This document shows, one piece after another, positions 28,673 to 45,508 of a stretch of 64,000 nucleotides of DNA. Position 1 is the stretch's first letter, and each line of letters starts with the position of its first letter. The notes beneath the pieces were generated by a model. It made no database searches. It saw nothing but the letters and a program-made list of their open reading frames with translations, and was not told the DNA's origin. The position numbers and the translations under genes were made by a program. The stretch is from the human T2T-CHM13v2.0 reference genome, Homo sapiens, in the NCBI RefSeq assembly GCF_009914755.1, contig NC_060947.1, one strand, 5' to 3'.

Positions 28673-28774
28673 AACATCTGCATTTTATCAGGCCCCCTGG
28701 GCAATCATATGTACATTACAGTTTGAGAAGTGCTACTTCGAGCATGTAGCTATGAGACTTTTTAGATGGGGGCC

Positions 28775-29149
28775 TGTTATGGACTGAATTATGTCCCACA
28801 CTAAAATTGATATGTTGAAGCCTTAACCTCCAATACCTCAGAATGTGACTGTACTTGCAGACCGGGCCTTTACAGAGGTGAGTAAGGCTAAATGAGGTCT
28901 TTAGGGTGGGCCCTAATCCAATTTGACTGGGATCCTAATAAGAAGAAGAGGCAATGGGCATGTGCCTTGTGAGGGCACGGTGAGAAGACGGGCCTCTGCA
29001 AGCCCAGGAGAGAGGCCTCAGGAGAAACCAGCCCTGTGACATCTTGATCTTGGACGTCCAGTCTCCAGAACTGTGAGAAAATAAGCTTCTGCTGTTTAAG
29101 CCACCCAGTCTGTGGTATTTTGCTATGGCAGCCCTAGCAGACTAATATA
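28775..29149 (+). mobile_element. MLT1B-like solo LTR
   Basis: tgttatggactgaatt..gcagccctagcagactaatata; TSD gggcc. Confidence 0.9.
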
Positions 29150-29748
29150 GGGCCTCTGCTAGGATTTAAGCTCCATGAGATTTTATTCACTGATGTATAT
29201 CCCCAGTATCTGGTACATAGTAGGCACGTGATGAATATTTGTTGAGTAAAAAAAAATGTTGATCCCCACTTATTTGGTATCATTAATCCAGGGGCACGTT
29301 CATAGGCTACATTTTTGAGAGGGGGCAGTTACAGGGTGTTCTGCTCATCCTTTTTAAAAAATGGTGTGAAATGCCAAGGCATATTCCTTTTTCAAGTAAG
29401 GCCTCTAAGAGTTCTGGAAAAACTACATAACATTTCCAGTACTTTTTCTCTTTCCTAACTTCTGTAGCACATTTTGCCATGTGACTGGTGTTCCCTTTAA
29501 TCTCAGAGAAGACTCTGCATTCCCAAAAAATGTTCTTATAGGTGGGGTTAATGCCTCCCAGAGAGAAAGGGAGGAATTAGAACTACATGCTCACCAGATG
29601 CCAGGTTATCTGGAAATACACAGAAAACATCACAGTATATGGAAGCAAATTAAAACCGTTTACCTGCAGCTGAAGCCCACCCAGCTTAAATGTTCTCTTG
29701 GTGAAAGGCTGTAAAAGGAAGGGAACCCCACCCCCAACCCAAGTGTAA

Positions 29749-30118
<370 letters not shown>

Positions 30119-30870
30119 CAAGGTGATTTTTGTGTATAAATGGGGCTATGTGAATTTACATATGCTTGTATACGTATAGAATATTTCTGGAAAGATAAAC
30201 AAGAGTGGTAACCTCTCAGGAGAGTTTTAGGGATCTAAGAAGGAAGACTTACTTTTCATTATATACTCTTGTGATCTGCTTGCACATGTTACTATGTATA
30301 TGTATTACATTTTTAATCTAAAATTTGCTTATGTGAAAATAAATAAAAACTTGTTAGTCCAGAGCTTGAAGCAAAACACAGTGCCCAAGCTCTCTAACTC
30401 TCTCTGGAACAAAAAGAATTTTTTTTTCTTATCTCCCAGCTTATTCTCTGTGGCACCTTCCCTGCCCTATGTCACTCAGACCCCACAGTCATAATTGGTG
30501 CTACAGTGGCACCTGGCCACTGCAGCAGCAATTTTCTCCTTTCCGTTCAATCGACCTTTGGCCAATATATTTTTTAATGCCCATAGAAATTGGGGCCCCA
30601 TGATTGGAATCATTAAAAAGAAATCTAAAACTAATCCTTCACCCAGTAGTCCTTTCATCCCCACCCTGAGAAACTATTTTATTTCGTTTTCCCTCGCCAT
30701 GAAAACAGCATGTTTAAGCATTTCCTTTTCCAAAGAGATGTCAAAAGTCCCCATGAGGCTTCAGAGGGCAGACCCTCAGCAGCCACAACCCTCTATAACA
30801 CAGAGTCCTAAACTTGGAAATAAGCAACAACTAAAAAAACTCTTTAAATCCCTAAAATAGTGGTTGTCGC

Positions 30871-31466
30871 TGAGTCAGGAGAATAGGGTCTGGAGGCAGG
30901 GAACCTAAGGCCGATTCACACTGACTTCTTAGAAATAAATTAAAAGAAAAACCCCAAATTCCCATGCCCAAGTAACAAAAGGACCAGAAGCTACTCCCTT
31001 TGCAACCCCCCTCTTTTCTGTGTGGCAGATGAAAAATTGAAAGTACCCCTGATTGATCCCCTCCGGAAACCAATCAGGCTGGTCGTGGGCCAAGTCTTCA
31101 TTTGCATAGGAGTATAACTTTGTAACTTCAGTCTCTGATTGGTCACTTTCTGCAACCAATCAGATGTTTGCATAGAGTGTAACTAACTTCACTTCAGCCT
31201 CAGACTGATCACAAGCCACTACTTCATTTAGATAGGGTGTACACCAAGTAACCAATGGGAAACCTCTAGAGAGTATTTAAACCCCAGAAAATTCTGTAAC
31301 CCAGGCTTTGAGCCGTTTTCTTGGCATGCTCCCACCCTGTGGAGTGTGATTTTGTTTTCAATAAATCTCCGCTTTTGTTGCTTCATTCTTCCCTTGTTTT
31401 GTTTGTGTGTTTTGTCCAATTATTTGTTCAAAGCACCAAGAACCTGATCATCCTCCACTGGTAATA
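30871..31466 (+). mobile_element. MER51 (ERV1) solo LTR
   Basis: tgagtcaggagaatagggtctggaggcagggaacctaagg..aataaa..ccactggtaata; 4-bp TSD tcgc/tcac. Confidence 0.88.
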
Positions 31467-31509
31467 TCACCAAGCCCTATGTTAATGCTCTGGACTTTGT
31501 TTCCTAAAT

Positions 31510-31685
31510 CAGTGGTCCTCAAATGAGCATGAATCAGAATCCCTGGGAGGACTTAAGTCACAGATTACTGGGTCCCACCCCTAGAGTGTCTGATTCAGTA
31601 GGTCTGGAGCAGGGCCCAAGAATTTTTATTTCTACCAGGTTCTCAAGCGAGTCTGCTGGTCCTGGTCCGGGGACCACACTTAGAA
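31510..31685. mobile_element. MER5
   Basis: cagtggtcctcaaa..tgattcagtaggtctgg..ggggaccacactt. Confidence 0.75.
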
Positions 31686-31886
31686 TCCAGGACTTCTAAA
31701 GAATTACCCTAAGGCAGTGACTGTCACTAAAAGCTTGACTAACTCTTTTAAAAGTGTACATTCTTAACATTTTTATCATAAAAACTGTGTGTATTCATTG
31801 AAGGAAATTTTGTTTAAAAATGAAAAGCAGAAAGAAAAATGTATCAGCCATAGTGCCAATATCCAGACCCAATCACTCTTTAAAAA

Positions 31887-32824
31887 TTTTTTTTTAATTT
31901 TTTATTTCAATAGTTTTTGGGGTATAGGTGGTTTTTTTGTTACATGGATAAGTTCTTTAGTGGTGATTTCTGGAATTGGTGCACCCATCACCCAAGCAGT
32001 GTACACTGTACCCAATATGTAGTCTTGTATCCCTTACCCCCTCACCCTTCTCCCACAAGTCCCCAAAGTCCATGATATCATTCTTATGCCTTTGCATACC
32101 CATAGCTTAGCTCCCACTTCTAAGAACATACAATATTTGGTTTTCCATTTCTGAGTTACTTAGAGTAATGGCCTCCAGCTCCATCGAAGTTGCTGCAAAA
32201 GACATTTCGTTCCTTTTTATGGCTGAGTAGTATTCCATGGGTTATCTATACCACATTTTCTTTATCCACTCGTTGGTTGATGGGCACTTAGGTTGGTTCC
32301 ATATCTTTGCAATTGCAAATCGTGCTGCTATAAATATGCATGAGCTGTATCTTTTTCATATAATGACTTCTTTTCCTTTGGGTAGATACCCAGTAGTGGG
32401 ATTGCTGGATCGAATGGTAGTTCTACTTTTAGTTCTTTAAGTGGAACAACCACTGTTTTCCATAGTGGTTCTACTAGTTTGCATTCCCACCAGCTGGGTA
32501 AAAGTGTTCCCTTTTCAACACATCCATGCCAACAGTTATTTTTTTTTTACGTTTTAATTCTGGTCATTCTTGCAGGAGTAAGGTGGTATCTCATTGTGGT
32601 TTTAAATTGCATTTTCCTGATTAGTGATGTTGGTCATTTTTTTCATATGTTTGTTGGCTTTTTGTATATCCTTTTTTTGAGAATTGCCTATTTATGTCAT
32701 TTGCCCAGTTTTTGATGGGATTATTTTTTCTTCTTGCCAATCTGTTTGAGTTCCTTGTAGATTCTAGATATTAGTCCTTTGTCATACGCATAGTTTGCAA
32801 ATATTTTCTCCCACTCTGTGGGTT
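31887..32824 (-). mobile_element. L1PB 3' end, 5'-truncated
   Basis: ttcaatagtttttggggtataggtgg..ttctcccactctgtgggtt. Confidence 0.92.
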
Positions 32825-33128
<304 letters not shown>

Positions 33129-33211
33129 TGACATTTTACTGGCTCTATACTTCTGAATAAGCCTGCTTATCCAAGTCCCCAGGCCACTGCAGATTAAAAG
33201 CTGATATCCAG

Positions 33212-33540
<329 letters not shown>

Positions 33541-33799
33541 GCTATCCAGAATGTCATGGGAGTTAAGAGGGCAATTAAAAATGTCCCGAAAGATGGACTT
33601 GCTAAGTGGCAGCTGAGAGTGAAAGCAAGGAGAGGAAAATGTGAAAATGTGAGTGGATGCTGAACTACTTCACCATGTGACAGAATTGAGCCTGTTCTTC
33701 ACCTTGACCTCATCATATACACATGGCATGATGGCACCTCTAAGGAGAGGCATCTGTCTCAGAGAATGAGAATGGCAGAGAAAAACGAGGACTTACTAA

Positions 33800-34430
33800 A
33801 AGAAGGAGCTGAGCCTTAGCTGCTTCCCAAAGGGAAACTTGGAGTTGAGCAGGCGAAGAGTAGGGGAAAAGGCACTCCAGGTCCAGGGGACAGCATTAGC
33901 TGAGGCCCAGATCCTTCCTGCACAGGCACCTAAGAAGAGCCGTACTTCCATCAGAGCACCACTAGAAGGGTAGAGAAGACTAGAGGGAAAGCCAGAGAGT
34001 TGGAGGCTGTGTCACAGAAGGTGCCCTATTCTCTCTTCCCAAGCTTGGACTTTATCCTACAAATAATGGGAAGCCGTTGAACCATTTTCAAACCCCAGTA
34101 TGATGTGAGCAGGTGTAAACAGCCCATCGGTGAGTGTGAAGAGGGAGATGTAGCTTTTCCAGTAGTCCAGGCAGAGGTGGTGGTGAGCTCCAAGCATGAG
34201 GCAGAGGGACATAGGGGAGGATTGAGGAAATACTCAGAAGGCAAAATCAGTAGGGTTTGGGGACTGACTGGGGTGGGCATGAGAGAGGCAGAGCCCTGGA
34301 GACTGGCTCGTCAAAGGGCTGTGTCATTGGTCTCACCTCCACTCGAGGCAGATGGAGTTTGTTCCTCAGGGAGAAAGATGTGCTCAAGCTGGGCCATGGT
34401 GGGTTGGAGGTTTGAGATATTATCCTATTG
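33800..34430 (-). mobile_element. L2 fragment
   Basis: tggactttatcct..aatgggaagccgttga; gtagtccaggcagaggtggtggtg. Confidence 0.6.
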
Positions 34431-35189
34431 GATAAGATCATCTTCCATATTCTCTATTAAAGAAAACAGATTGTATATATCACACTTCAGAATGATTTCA
34501 CCTTTTAAAATGTAAGGGTTAAAATGAAAGATTTGGGCCCCCAAAGGAACTAGTTTCAATTTTCCAGAAAATTATGAATGCAAATTTCCTCATTCCCTAA
34601 GTCAGGAATTGCTGTGATGCAAATATGCCTTCACGTGATGTGAACTACGTTCATCAGGCAGCTTGTCCATCAACAGTTTCTAAGAGTCTTTGGGACTCAG
34701 AAGTTGCTTATTTCATGCATCTGAATCTCTACAAAACTGTTTTGGAAAAGCTTTGGCCTTAGCTCAGCTTTCCAATGACTTGTCAGGGCAGAGGTGAATG
34801 TAATCATCTTCTTAGAACACAAGTAGATTTCCTAGAAAAAGAGCAGCAAGGAACACCATGAACAGAATTGCCTCATGCTCTTGAGACATCTGTTCACCAC
34901 CCAGGCCACTTGAGAAAAGAAATGAAAATGCACATCCAGAAAGCGAAGACTGAAGAAAAGGCACAATTACCAGGGCCTGAAAGTGCTGTCTTTGGTGGGG
35001 GCCACTTTAAAGTTCACCACAAACCGTGGTGAAAAAGAAAGGGGGCTTCCCTCGTTATCATTGCAGTGTTACGGGATGTAGGAAGTCTACGTCAACTTCT
35101 TTGCATCCTTATCAGTGCTTTCTACATTTGATAACCTTCAGTGAGGTGTCTGAAGAGCCAATCTGCCTGGGAAAGGATTCTTTTAAAGT

Positions 35190-35365
35190 GGACCTTACCC
35201 CTGGATACACGTTGGAATCACTTTGGCACACTATAAAAAGGTCAGATGCCTGGGTTTCATCCCCAGAAAGTCTGCTGTTATTGGTCTGGGGTATAACCTG
35301 GGCATCAGGCTTTTTAAAAAGTCTCCTCAGGCGATTTTAACATGTATCCAGGGGTGAGAAGCCAT
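35190..35365. mobile_element. MER5B-like
   Basis: cacgttggaatcac..gattttaacatgtatccaggggtgagaagcca. Confidence 0.65.
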
Positions 35366-35714
35366 GCATTCAAGCCATACTGCTGACACTGAAAAAAACT
35401 TTTCCACAGTAGAAAGTTTTAATGTCCATACAGAAAGTACATAACTGAATTTGCAAGATCTGAAAACATTTGAGTTAAGGCAAAAGCAAGAAAAAGAAAA
35501 CCTCCCCCCATTTGCTGAAATATTCACAGCTATGCCGAGCCCACTAGCCAATCAGACAGCTGGGCCACTAATGACCATCATGAACCTCGAAGTCCACATT
35601 AAAAAATGTGTACCAAGCGTGTGTAAGCTTAGCTGTTTGTCCATTTCTGTTGGTAGAGCTGAAATTGAACTCAGTTTCAAAAAGTAAGATTCCATATAGT
35701 TGTCACTTGCACAT

Positions 35715-35930
35715 ATGGAGAATTTACTAAGTGTTTGGCACTATTCTAAATGCTTAACATTTGCTAATTTATTTAATCTCCCCACCATACACACAGACAA
35801 CCCCACATCACAGATGAGGGCATGGAGGCACAGAGAGGGTCAATAAGTTGCCCCAGGTCACAGCCAAGAAGTAGAAGAGTTGAGATTCAAACCCAGGACC
35901 CTGGAGCTTACACTTTTAACCCCCACACCA
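35715..35930 (-). mobile_element. MIR
   Basis: acagatgagggcatggaggcacagagagggtcaataagttgccccaggtcacagc. Confidence 0.75.
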
Positions 35931-36135
35931 TACAGCCGCTACCTTCACAGGAGAACCCCTAAATGAGAATGGGGATGGGGAGAGAGAATGCCATCTGCAC
36001 CGTATGGGCATGGTGGGCGATGCAGGGAGGAGCCAGACATCTGCCTCCAGAGCTCACCAGCTTGTAAGAAAGGCCAGGGCAAAGACATAAGACACCACCA
36101 AAAGTAGAGCAAAAGAAGTGTACAAATGAATGTGA

Positions 36136-36472
<337 letters not shown>

Positions 36473-37327
36473 GAGAGGTTGCTTTTTTAATCAGTAAAAG
36501 CTCCCTGGAGGAGGCGGTGTTCGAGAATAATTCCTTCTGGCTATAGCACAGGTGAGAGGTATGAAAGTAACAGGAAGAGAGGTGGAAGGAGACTGGGGCT
36601 TTGTTTTAGGGGCAGTTGAGTCGCCAGGTGGGGCCCCCCTCCCCTCACTATAATAGAACCCAGCATGATCTTGCACACACGGCGAGCCAAGTTGAGCTCT
36701 CTGAAGGGAGAATTTCCAGGTGAAAGTCAGTGAACCCAGTCTCCCAGCCCTGAATTTTGCCTCTCCTTTGCGGTTTTGTCCCATTGATACCTGTTGCTGC
36801 CCCATCTGTGCCCCTACCTTCCTCATCCTCCAAAACTCCAGCCAAACATAGAGAAATGCCTCTTTCTTGGCTGCTTTTGGCAAGTTGGGGCATGCCGTCA
36901 CTTCAAAGAACTTTGATAAATCTTAAGGCGGACTAAAAGGAAAGCAGTGTATTTAAATAATAATATGTGAGGATGGCGATAGTCAAATTTCCAAATACCA
37001 GGTTTCTGACTCTATAGCCCAATACAAAGAGCTATATGGCCCACAAAGTGTCTTTATGCTTGGATAATAACCCACTCTAGACCAAAGGGCTAGTACAATC
37101 TTGTCTGTACCATCTCTAGCTTCTTTCTCTTATGGTTCCCCTGCTTGAGTTGCAACAGCAAGGGTTAACTGACTATGAACCCTTCCTTCCTTCCATTACC
37201 TACCCACCCATCCTTCCAACATAAATTTATTGAACATCTACCATGTGACACCCATGGTGCTAAAAGTTAAATGGTCAATATTTTTCTGTGCCCCTCACCA
37301 CCAGGAAAAATTCTGATTCTACCCCAA

Positions 37328-37783
37328 TGTGTTAGAGTGGATGATTGTTATCAACTCTTCACTCTTTTTTTCTGCCAGTGACCTTACAGTGCCTCCCACT
37401 AGAACAGAAACAGTATACTTTCCTGTCACCATTGACTTTGGCTTGGCCATGTGACTTGCTTTGGCCAATGAAATGTTAGCATATGTGACATAAGCAAAGG
37501 CTTCCAATGTTCTAGATGTTTGGCTTGTGCCCTTGTACTTCTGTGGCCCTTCATGAGAACATACCCCCGGTAGCTGCTGCTCCCAGAATGAGAAGATTTG
37601 GGAGTAGGGGTGACTCAGTCTACAATCCAAAGGCAGGTTCTGCTGATTCAAGCCAAGCCCAGCGAAACCATAGCCAACCAGTAGACCTCTGAACAAGAAA
37701 AATCAATGTTTTCATAGTAAAATATTGAGAATCAGGAGTTGCTTGTTACGTAGCATTCTTTTTGGCAATAGCTGACTGATACA
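37328..37783 (+). mobile_element. MLT1 (H/I-like) LTR
   Basis: cttggccatgtgacttgctttggccaatgaaatg..gcaatagctgactgataca. Confidence 0.8.
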
Positions 37784-38264
37784 CCTAGATAAGGACTAGA
37801 CCGACCAAACAAAACCCCTCCATATACCCCCATGCTGTTTTTTTTTTTCCTTTTTAACTACAAAAATTCTCAACTTTTTGGTGTGGGTATCCCAATCCCA
37901 GGGTCCTCCTCTCTGTTCCACTTTTAAGTTACAGAGCTACAGCCAACTGGAAGAGCTCTGGCAGTCAATACCACCAATAGAGGGCCAATTCTTTCAGGCC
38001 TCAGCGTCCGCTGACTGCCAGGAGCATCTCTCTCTATCCTATGGAGGGGAAATTACCTTACCAAAGTTCATTCAACACTAAGGCTAAAATACACATGAAA
38101 TCAGTAGAAGTCATGCTGAATGCAACCAGTAAGGCCTTTTGCTTGTGCAAAATAAAAAATATATACTTAATTTGTCATAAGATTGGGAAACTTTGAAGGG
38201 GTTTGAATAGAACAGGGATATGATGGAGTGGTGACATGTGGCTGAGGTACTTGGCAGAAGAATT

Positions 38265-38475
38265 CAGAAAATGGGCTTTGGAGTCAGAGGGACCTGGATA
38301 CCTGCCTGATATCTGTCATTTACCAGTTGGGTGACTTGGGGAAGGCTACTAAATGCCCCTGAGTTTGTTTCAGGTGTAAACTAGGGATAACATGCAAGGA
38401 CTGAATGAGTATTGTGTATAAAGTACCTAGTACAGTGTCTGGCTTATAGGAGATTCTTAATACATAGTAGTGGTT
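38265..38475 (+). mobile_element. MIR
   Basis: ggctttggagtcagagggacctgg..ggtgacttggggaaggctactaaa. Confidence 0.7.
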
Positions 38476-38529
38476 ATGCAGATGATTTAGGAAGGTAATT
38501 CTATGGTACCATAGGGGAACGGCCAAAAT

Positions 38530-39085
38530 CACACATTTATGGAAAACTTACTGTGTGCCAGGCACTATTTGGAGGACTTTACATTTATTGATTGATTGAG
38601 ATGAAGTTTCACTCTTGTTGCCGGGGCTGGAGTGCAGTGGTGTGATCTCGGCTCACTGCAACCTCCACCTCCTGGGTTCAAGCGATTCTTCTGCCCTCAG
38701 TCCCCCGAGTTGCTGGGAATACAGGCACCCACCACCGAGCCTGGCTAGTTTTTTGTATTTTTAGTAGAGACGGGGTTTCACCATGTTGGCCAGGCTGGTT
38801 TCGAACCCCTGACTTTAGGTGATCCACCCTTCTCAGCCTCCCAAAGTGCTGGGATTACAGGCGTGAGCCAACATGCCCAGCCTGCTTTTACATTTATTAA
38901 CAAATCTCACAACAACCATGCAAGGTAGGTACTAATATCCTCATTATATAGGTGAGGAAACTGAAGCGCAGAAAGATTCAGTAACTTGTTTGAGGTCATA
39001 CAGCTAGTAAGCTGTGAAAGAATTTGAACACAGGCAGTCTGGCTCCAGAGCCCTTGCTCTTAATCTCCATGTGTACTGCCTCTAA
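38530..39085 (-). mobile_element. MIR split by Alu
   Basis: ttactgtgtgccaggcact..ggtgaggaaactgaagcgcagaaag. Confidence 0.8.
38588..38882 (-). mobile_element. AluSq-like
   Basis: full dimer; TSD tttacatttatt. Confidence 0.93.
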
Positions 39086-39835
39086 GCAGGCAGGCCTTTT
39101 AGAAGGATGGATGGGGAGTTCATATGAGCCAAGAGGCAGACCTGGATTAATCTAGCGGCCAAGGGCATGCAAAGGAGGAAACTAATAAAAGCGTCAATGC
39201 AGAGGTATAATTGAGCAAGCTAACTTAGTAACCAATTGCAAGTAGTGGGTATTGGAGGAAGAGGCAGAGCTCACCCTGCTGTGTGTGAGTTTTGCAAATC
39301 ATGAAAAGATAAAGATTCTCAATCGGTTGTATGTTCTAAGAAATTACATCATGTCCCAGTAAGTTATCATGAGATATTTGAGAAACTTGAAGCATCTTTA
39401 CAGTGGGTGGAGAATCAACCCAATCTTGGACTACCATTATTGAACTATGAGAGGACAAGTGAACTTCCACTTGGCCTTTTTTCCGGCCCAGAGATTCCAC
39501 TTCTTCTATGTTATGCCAAAGCCATCCACATCAGAAGGGCTCTTGTGTCCAAGGCTCAAGCAAATGAAAACTATCAATATGCACATCCAATTCTGATATT
39601 GAATGTCTGCCTGAAAGTCAATCATAACTCTCCTTACCTTCCAAAGAATGACTCCCTCACACATACTGCCACCCCGCTCCAACACCCACCACTAACTCTA
39701 TTCCTTTGGCGAGTTCAATAAACCTCCCTTATATTAAGGATTCAAGCATATTTACTTTAAGATTGTTTATTACATAGAGAAACATGTTTTCACTGTTCAA
39801 TTGATATATTTTTCTAGATGCAAAAATTGTTTCCG

Positions 39836-40226
<391 letters not shown>

Positions 40227-41608
40227 TTAGCAGCAGGGCTTTTAGAACAAAAGGAAATATGGGCTATTTTGGCCATGTGGTAGGAATTCAGTACGTGTTT
40301 GAATGAATAGGATTGCCTGCATTGATGAAAGTCACAGGAGGAGGGAGTTTCAGGATGGAGAAAGAGGGCTGGCGTTACTCCCTATGGCGAGAATACATAA
40401 ATTATACATTCTTTTCTTTCTACTCACACATTTTAGTCTCTTAGTAGCTGCTTGGGATGCATTTTCTCATTTGGTTCTTTTAAATCTGAGATAGAGATCG
40501 ATAGTTTCTTACTTTGGTAGTTTCCTTTTGAAATATTAAAATGACCAATCACTTGCAAGTTCTATGAGGTTACCCTCTCCCATAAACCAGGCCAGCCCCC
40601 AAGACTGGATTATGGGGTGAAAGGCCTGTGTTAAAATGTGGACTTTGCTTTGGAAAGGTAGAAAATGAATCCACTGGAAGCCATTATCAGGTTGACACGA
40701 ATTAGTGTCCTGAGGGGTGGGCACTCCCCTGTCACACTGTCCAGAGGTTGAAGCTCAGCCTGGAGAAGTGTACATGGTTGAAAAGGGACACCTGGCAAGA
40801 TAGGAGAGGCCATATATAGGTACTGGATACCTGGGCCTGGGGAATGGGTTGATGGGAGGCCACCCAAACAGACAAATGTACCAAACATAAACAATTGACT
40901 TCATTAGTTTTGCTAGAATTGGCCCTTACTGTTGCATTGAATGTTGTTTAGAATGTTTTATCTGTTGGCTATAAATTAGACATGAAGTTATAGAGAATTT
41001 TTCATTGCAGCAACATGTATTGTAGTGAAATTTGAATCCTTTTTTAAAAACCAAGCACTGCCCATATAAATTAGAAGTCCAGTGCTGGACATTGCCTGTG
41101 GCAGACACTGTTGGCTGCCTATCTAACAGCCCTGTCATCCCCTTTAACAAATAGAACCTTGGTTTTTATTCAATTATCAGATAGCTATGTGTTTCAAAGA
41201 AGTCCAGGACACTCCCCAGCCCAATAGATTAATTCTTGAGTAGTCAAAGGCAATCGGAGTAACTCTTCTTGGTGGTGATTGGTTTGAGAAAGAACTTGTG
41301 ACACACAATTCTGGCCAGTGGAACACGAAGGGGACATCTTCTGGGAAAGGGTTTTCTTTAGTCAAAGAGAGACATACGGAAAAGCTGGCCTTTATGCCTC
41401 TGTCTATGGCTGAGAGAAGAAGTGATAGTAGGACCTGCTGCAGTCATTTGCAGCCATGAGGGAACGAGCATGAGGACCAATGCCTACAGGCTGAGGATGG
41501 CAGAGCAGAAAGAAAGATAAACTGGGTTCTTGATATCATTAAACTGTTGAAGGAATTAACTCTAGATCTTGCTTCCTTTGGACTTGTTATATGAGGTGAT
41601 AAAGGGTC

Positions 41609-41969
41609 TGATATGGTTTGGCTCTTTCCCCACCCAAATCTCATCTTGAACTGTGGTCCCACAATTCCCACGTATCATGGGAGGGACCCAGTGGGAGGTA
41701 ATTGAATCATGGGGGATGGGTCTTTCTCATGCTTTTCTCATGATAGTGAATAAGTCTCACGAGATCTGATGGTTTTATAAAGGGGAGCTTCCCTGCACAA
41801 GCTCTCTCTCCTCTTGTCTGCCACCATGTGAGACGTGCCTTTCACCTTCTGCCATGATTGTGATGCCTCCCCAGCCAGGTAGAACCGTGAGTGCATTAAA
41901 CCTCTTTCTTTTGTAAATTGCCCAGTCTTGGGTATGTCTTTATCAGCAGCGTGAAAACGGACTAATACA
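41609..41969 (+). mobile_element. THE1B-like solo LTR
   Basis: tgatatggtttggct..ggactaataca; TSD gggtc. Confidence 0.95.
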
Positions 41970-41989
41970 GGGTCTTACTGTTTAAGCCC

Positions 41990-42141
41990 CTGCTACTCAA
42001 GGTGCTGCATGATTACCTGTATTGCCAGCCTGCTCGGGAGCTTGTTAAAAATGCAGAATCTCAGCCTGCCCCAGACCTACTGAATCAGAATCTGCAGAGC
42101 CCCAGGTGATTCCTAACCACATTAAAGTTTGCGAAGTGCTG
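41990..42141. mobile_element. MER5A
   Basis: tgctactcaagg..gagcttgttaaaaatgcagaatctcag..aaagtttgcgaagtgctg. Confidence 0.8.
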
Positions 42142-44092
42142 GTTGAAGCTGTTTTAATTGGGTTTACTGGTGTTGGGAGCTGGAAAGCATACTGATATCC
42201 TGCCTTACAACCTGATGGTAAAGATCTTGTTTTTATATCACCACCAAAAAGAGCTTGCAAGGAAAAGACAATAGTGTTGCTACTCATGCAATTATTCAGG
42301 ACCTATTAGAGAAGTTCCCTGGCTCTTTAAAACTGCTTTATTTCTGAAATCAAGGGGAAGCAACTCATGATCATACAGTGAATGTACTTTTTTGGCTTCA
42401 AAGGTAAAAATAGCTCTTAATGGTTCTTAAGCTCACTAAAAATTCAGGCTGAACATATACCTCTTGAGTCATCTCCTCAAAGACTAAAAGGGGCAAGAAA
42501 TGGAAAGAGAACAAGGCACCAATAGGAAAAAAGCTCTAAACTGTTTACTTGGTTGAGATCAGATTTCCTTATCTCAGATTTCCTCATAAATTTAGTTACT
42601 CAAGAGTAATTGCGGCTCTTCATCCAGATTGCAAATATGTTAATAACACAAAATGGCAACAATTCAGCCTTGTAAGAAAAAAAAACAAGATATGGCATTG
42701 TTATTCCTAAAAAGGCTACTCGAGTTTCTTGAGGTTGCCCAAATGAGACGATTTCATAAGTCATTCTGTGTTTACACTGAGTTTAGGCAACAGTTACAAT
42801 AGAAGAGGCCACTGTGATTACTTAATGGTCTATTGGTGGACTTTTAACCAAACCCAACTTCAACAAACAAAAAATTCAGCATTTTTTTTTTGAGGAATCA
42901 TCACCGTTCTGTTTTGATTGTCTTTGACAAGCTATTGAGAAATCATTTAGATTGGTGCTTATTATAAAAACACAGTTATTAAAATTACTTTCTAGCCAGC
43001 CTGTATTTCTGAAATCCCATTCATTATACTTGAGAAGTAAATAGCTGAGGAAAAATGCTGAGAGTTTAAACCAGTGTATTGTTTAGTGATTATCCTTTTT
43101 TATTAAAAATAAGGCCTCAGGATCCCAAATTTCACTGGCATCTTATTCTATAGCAATCTTACAATCTAATTGGGTAATGAAAACTAAGTCACACTAAAGT
43201 TCTTGCTTTTTTTCCTTTTACTCTCAAATTTTATAGCTTGGAGAAAGCTTTTGGATTGTTGAGTTTACCTGTCTCCTTCTACAGATAAACTCTTCGGGAC
43301 TCAATTTTATTGAAAGGCTTACTCAAGGTCTCGTAGATGATAAATGATGGAAATAGCATCTTGGGTTTTTTGGGTTTTAGAGCAGCACTCCCTTTCTGTT
43401 CCTCAGTGCGTCTCAGTGAATAATCTTAAAATTCTGTTCTCATGAAGCTTCCAGGATGCCAAAGTCACTTGGCTTTTGTCCTCCCTGACCCAGCTCTTTC
43501 TCCACCATCCCTGCTGGTTCTTTTTCAATTCCTCAAACAGTAAATGCTGGCAGGCCCCAGGTCTCCATCATCAGACCACCTCTCCATTTAGTCTCCCTCC
43601 ACTGGTGATCTCATCTCATCCGATTCATAGCTTGAACTCTCATCCATCTCCCTCCCTCTTCACTCCAGGGCTACAGCTCCATCTGCCTACTCAACATCTC
43701 TTTTGGATGGCACCAGAAACTTAACATGCCCCGAAACTAACTTTTGTTTTTCCATATCAAACCTGCTCTGCCCAGAATCTTCTCCAATTCAATAAATGGC
43801 AATGCCGTTACTCTAATTTTTCAAGCCCAGAAGCTTGACTGATTCTATTCTCTTACACTCTATGTCTGTTGCATCAGCAACTTCTAATGGCTCTACCCTC
43901 AAAATACAGCCACAAAATACAGACCACTTCTCACCACTGCCACTGTTATTATCCTGGACCAAGCTACCATCAATTATCAACTAGATCACTGCAATAGCTT
44001 TGTAAGTGGTCTCCCACTTCTACCCTTGATCCCCTAGAGCATATCCTTAACATAGAAGATGGAACAGTCCTATTCAAACAGAAGCTACATTA

Positions 44093-45508
<1,416 letters not shown>

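Larger units (their letters stand above)
41097..42197 (+). mobile_element. old MLT1 (K/L-like) LTR interrupted by THE1 and MER5A
   Basis: tgtggcagacactgttggctgcc..cacaattctggccagtgg..ggacttgttatatgag | cttactgtttaagcc. Confidence 0.7.
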
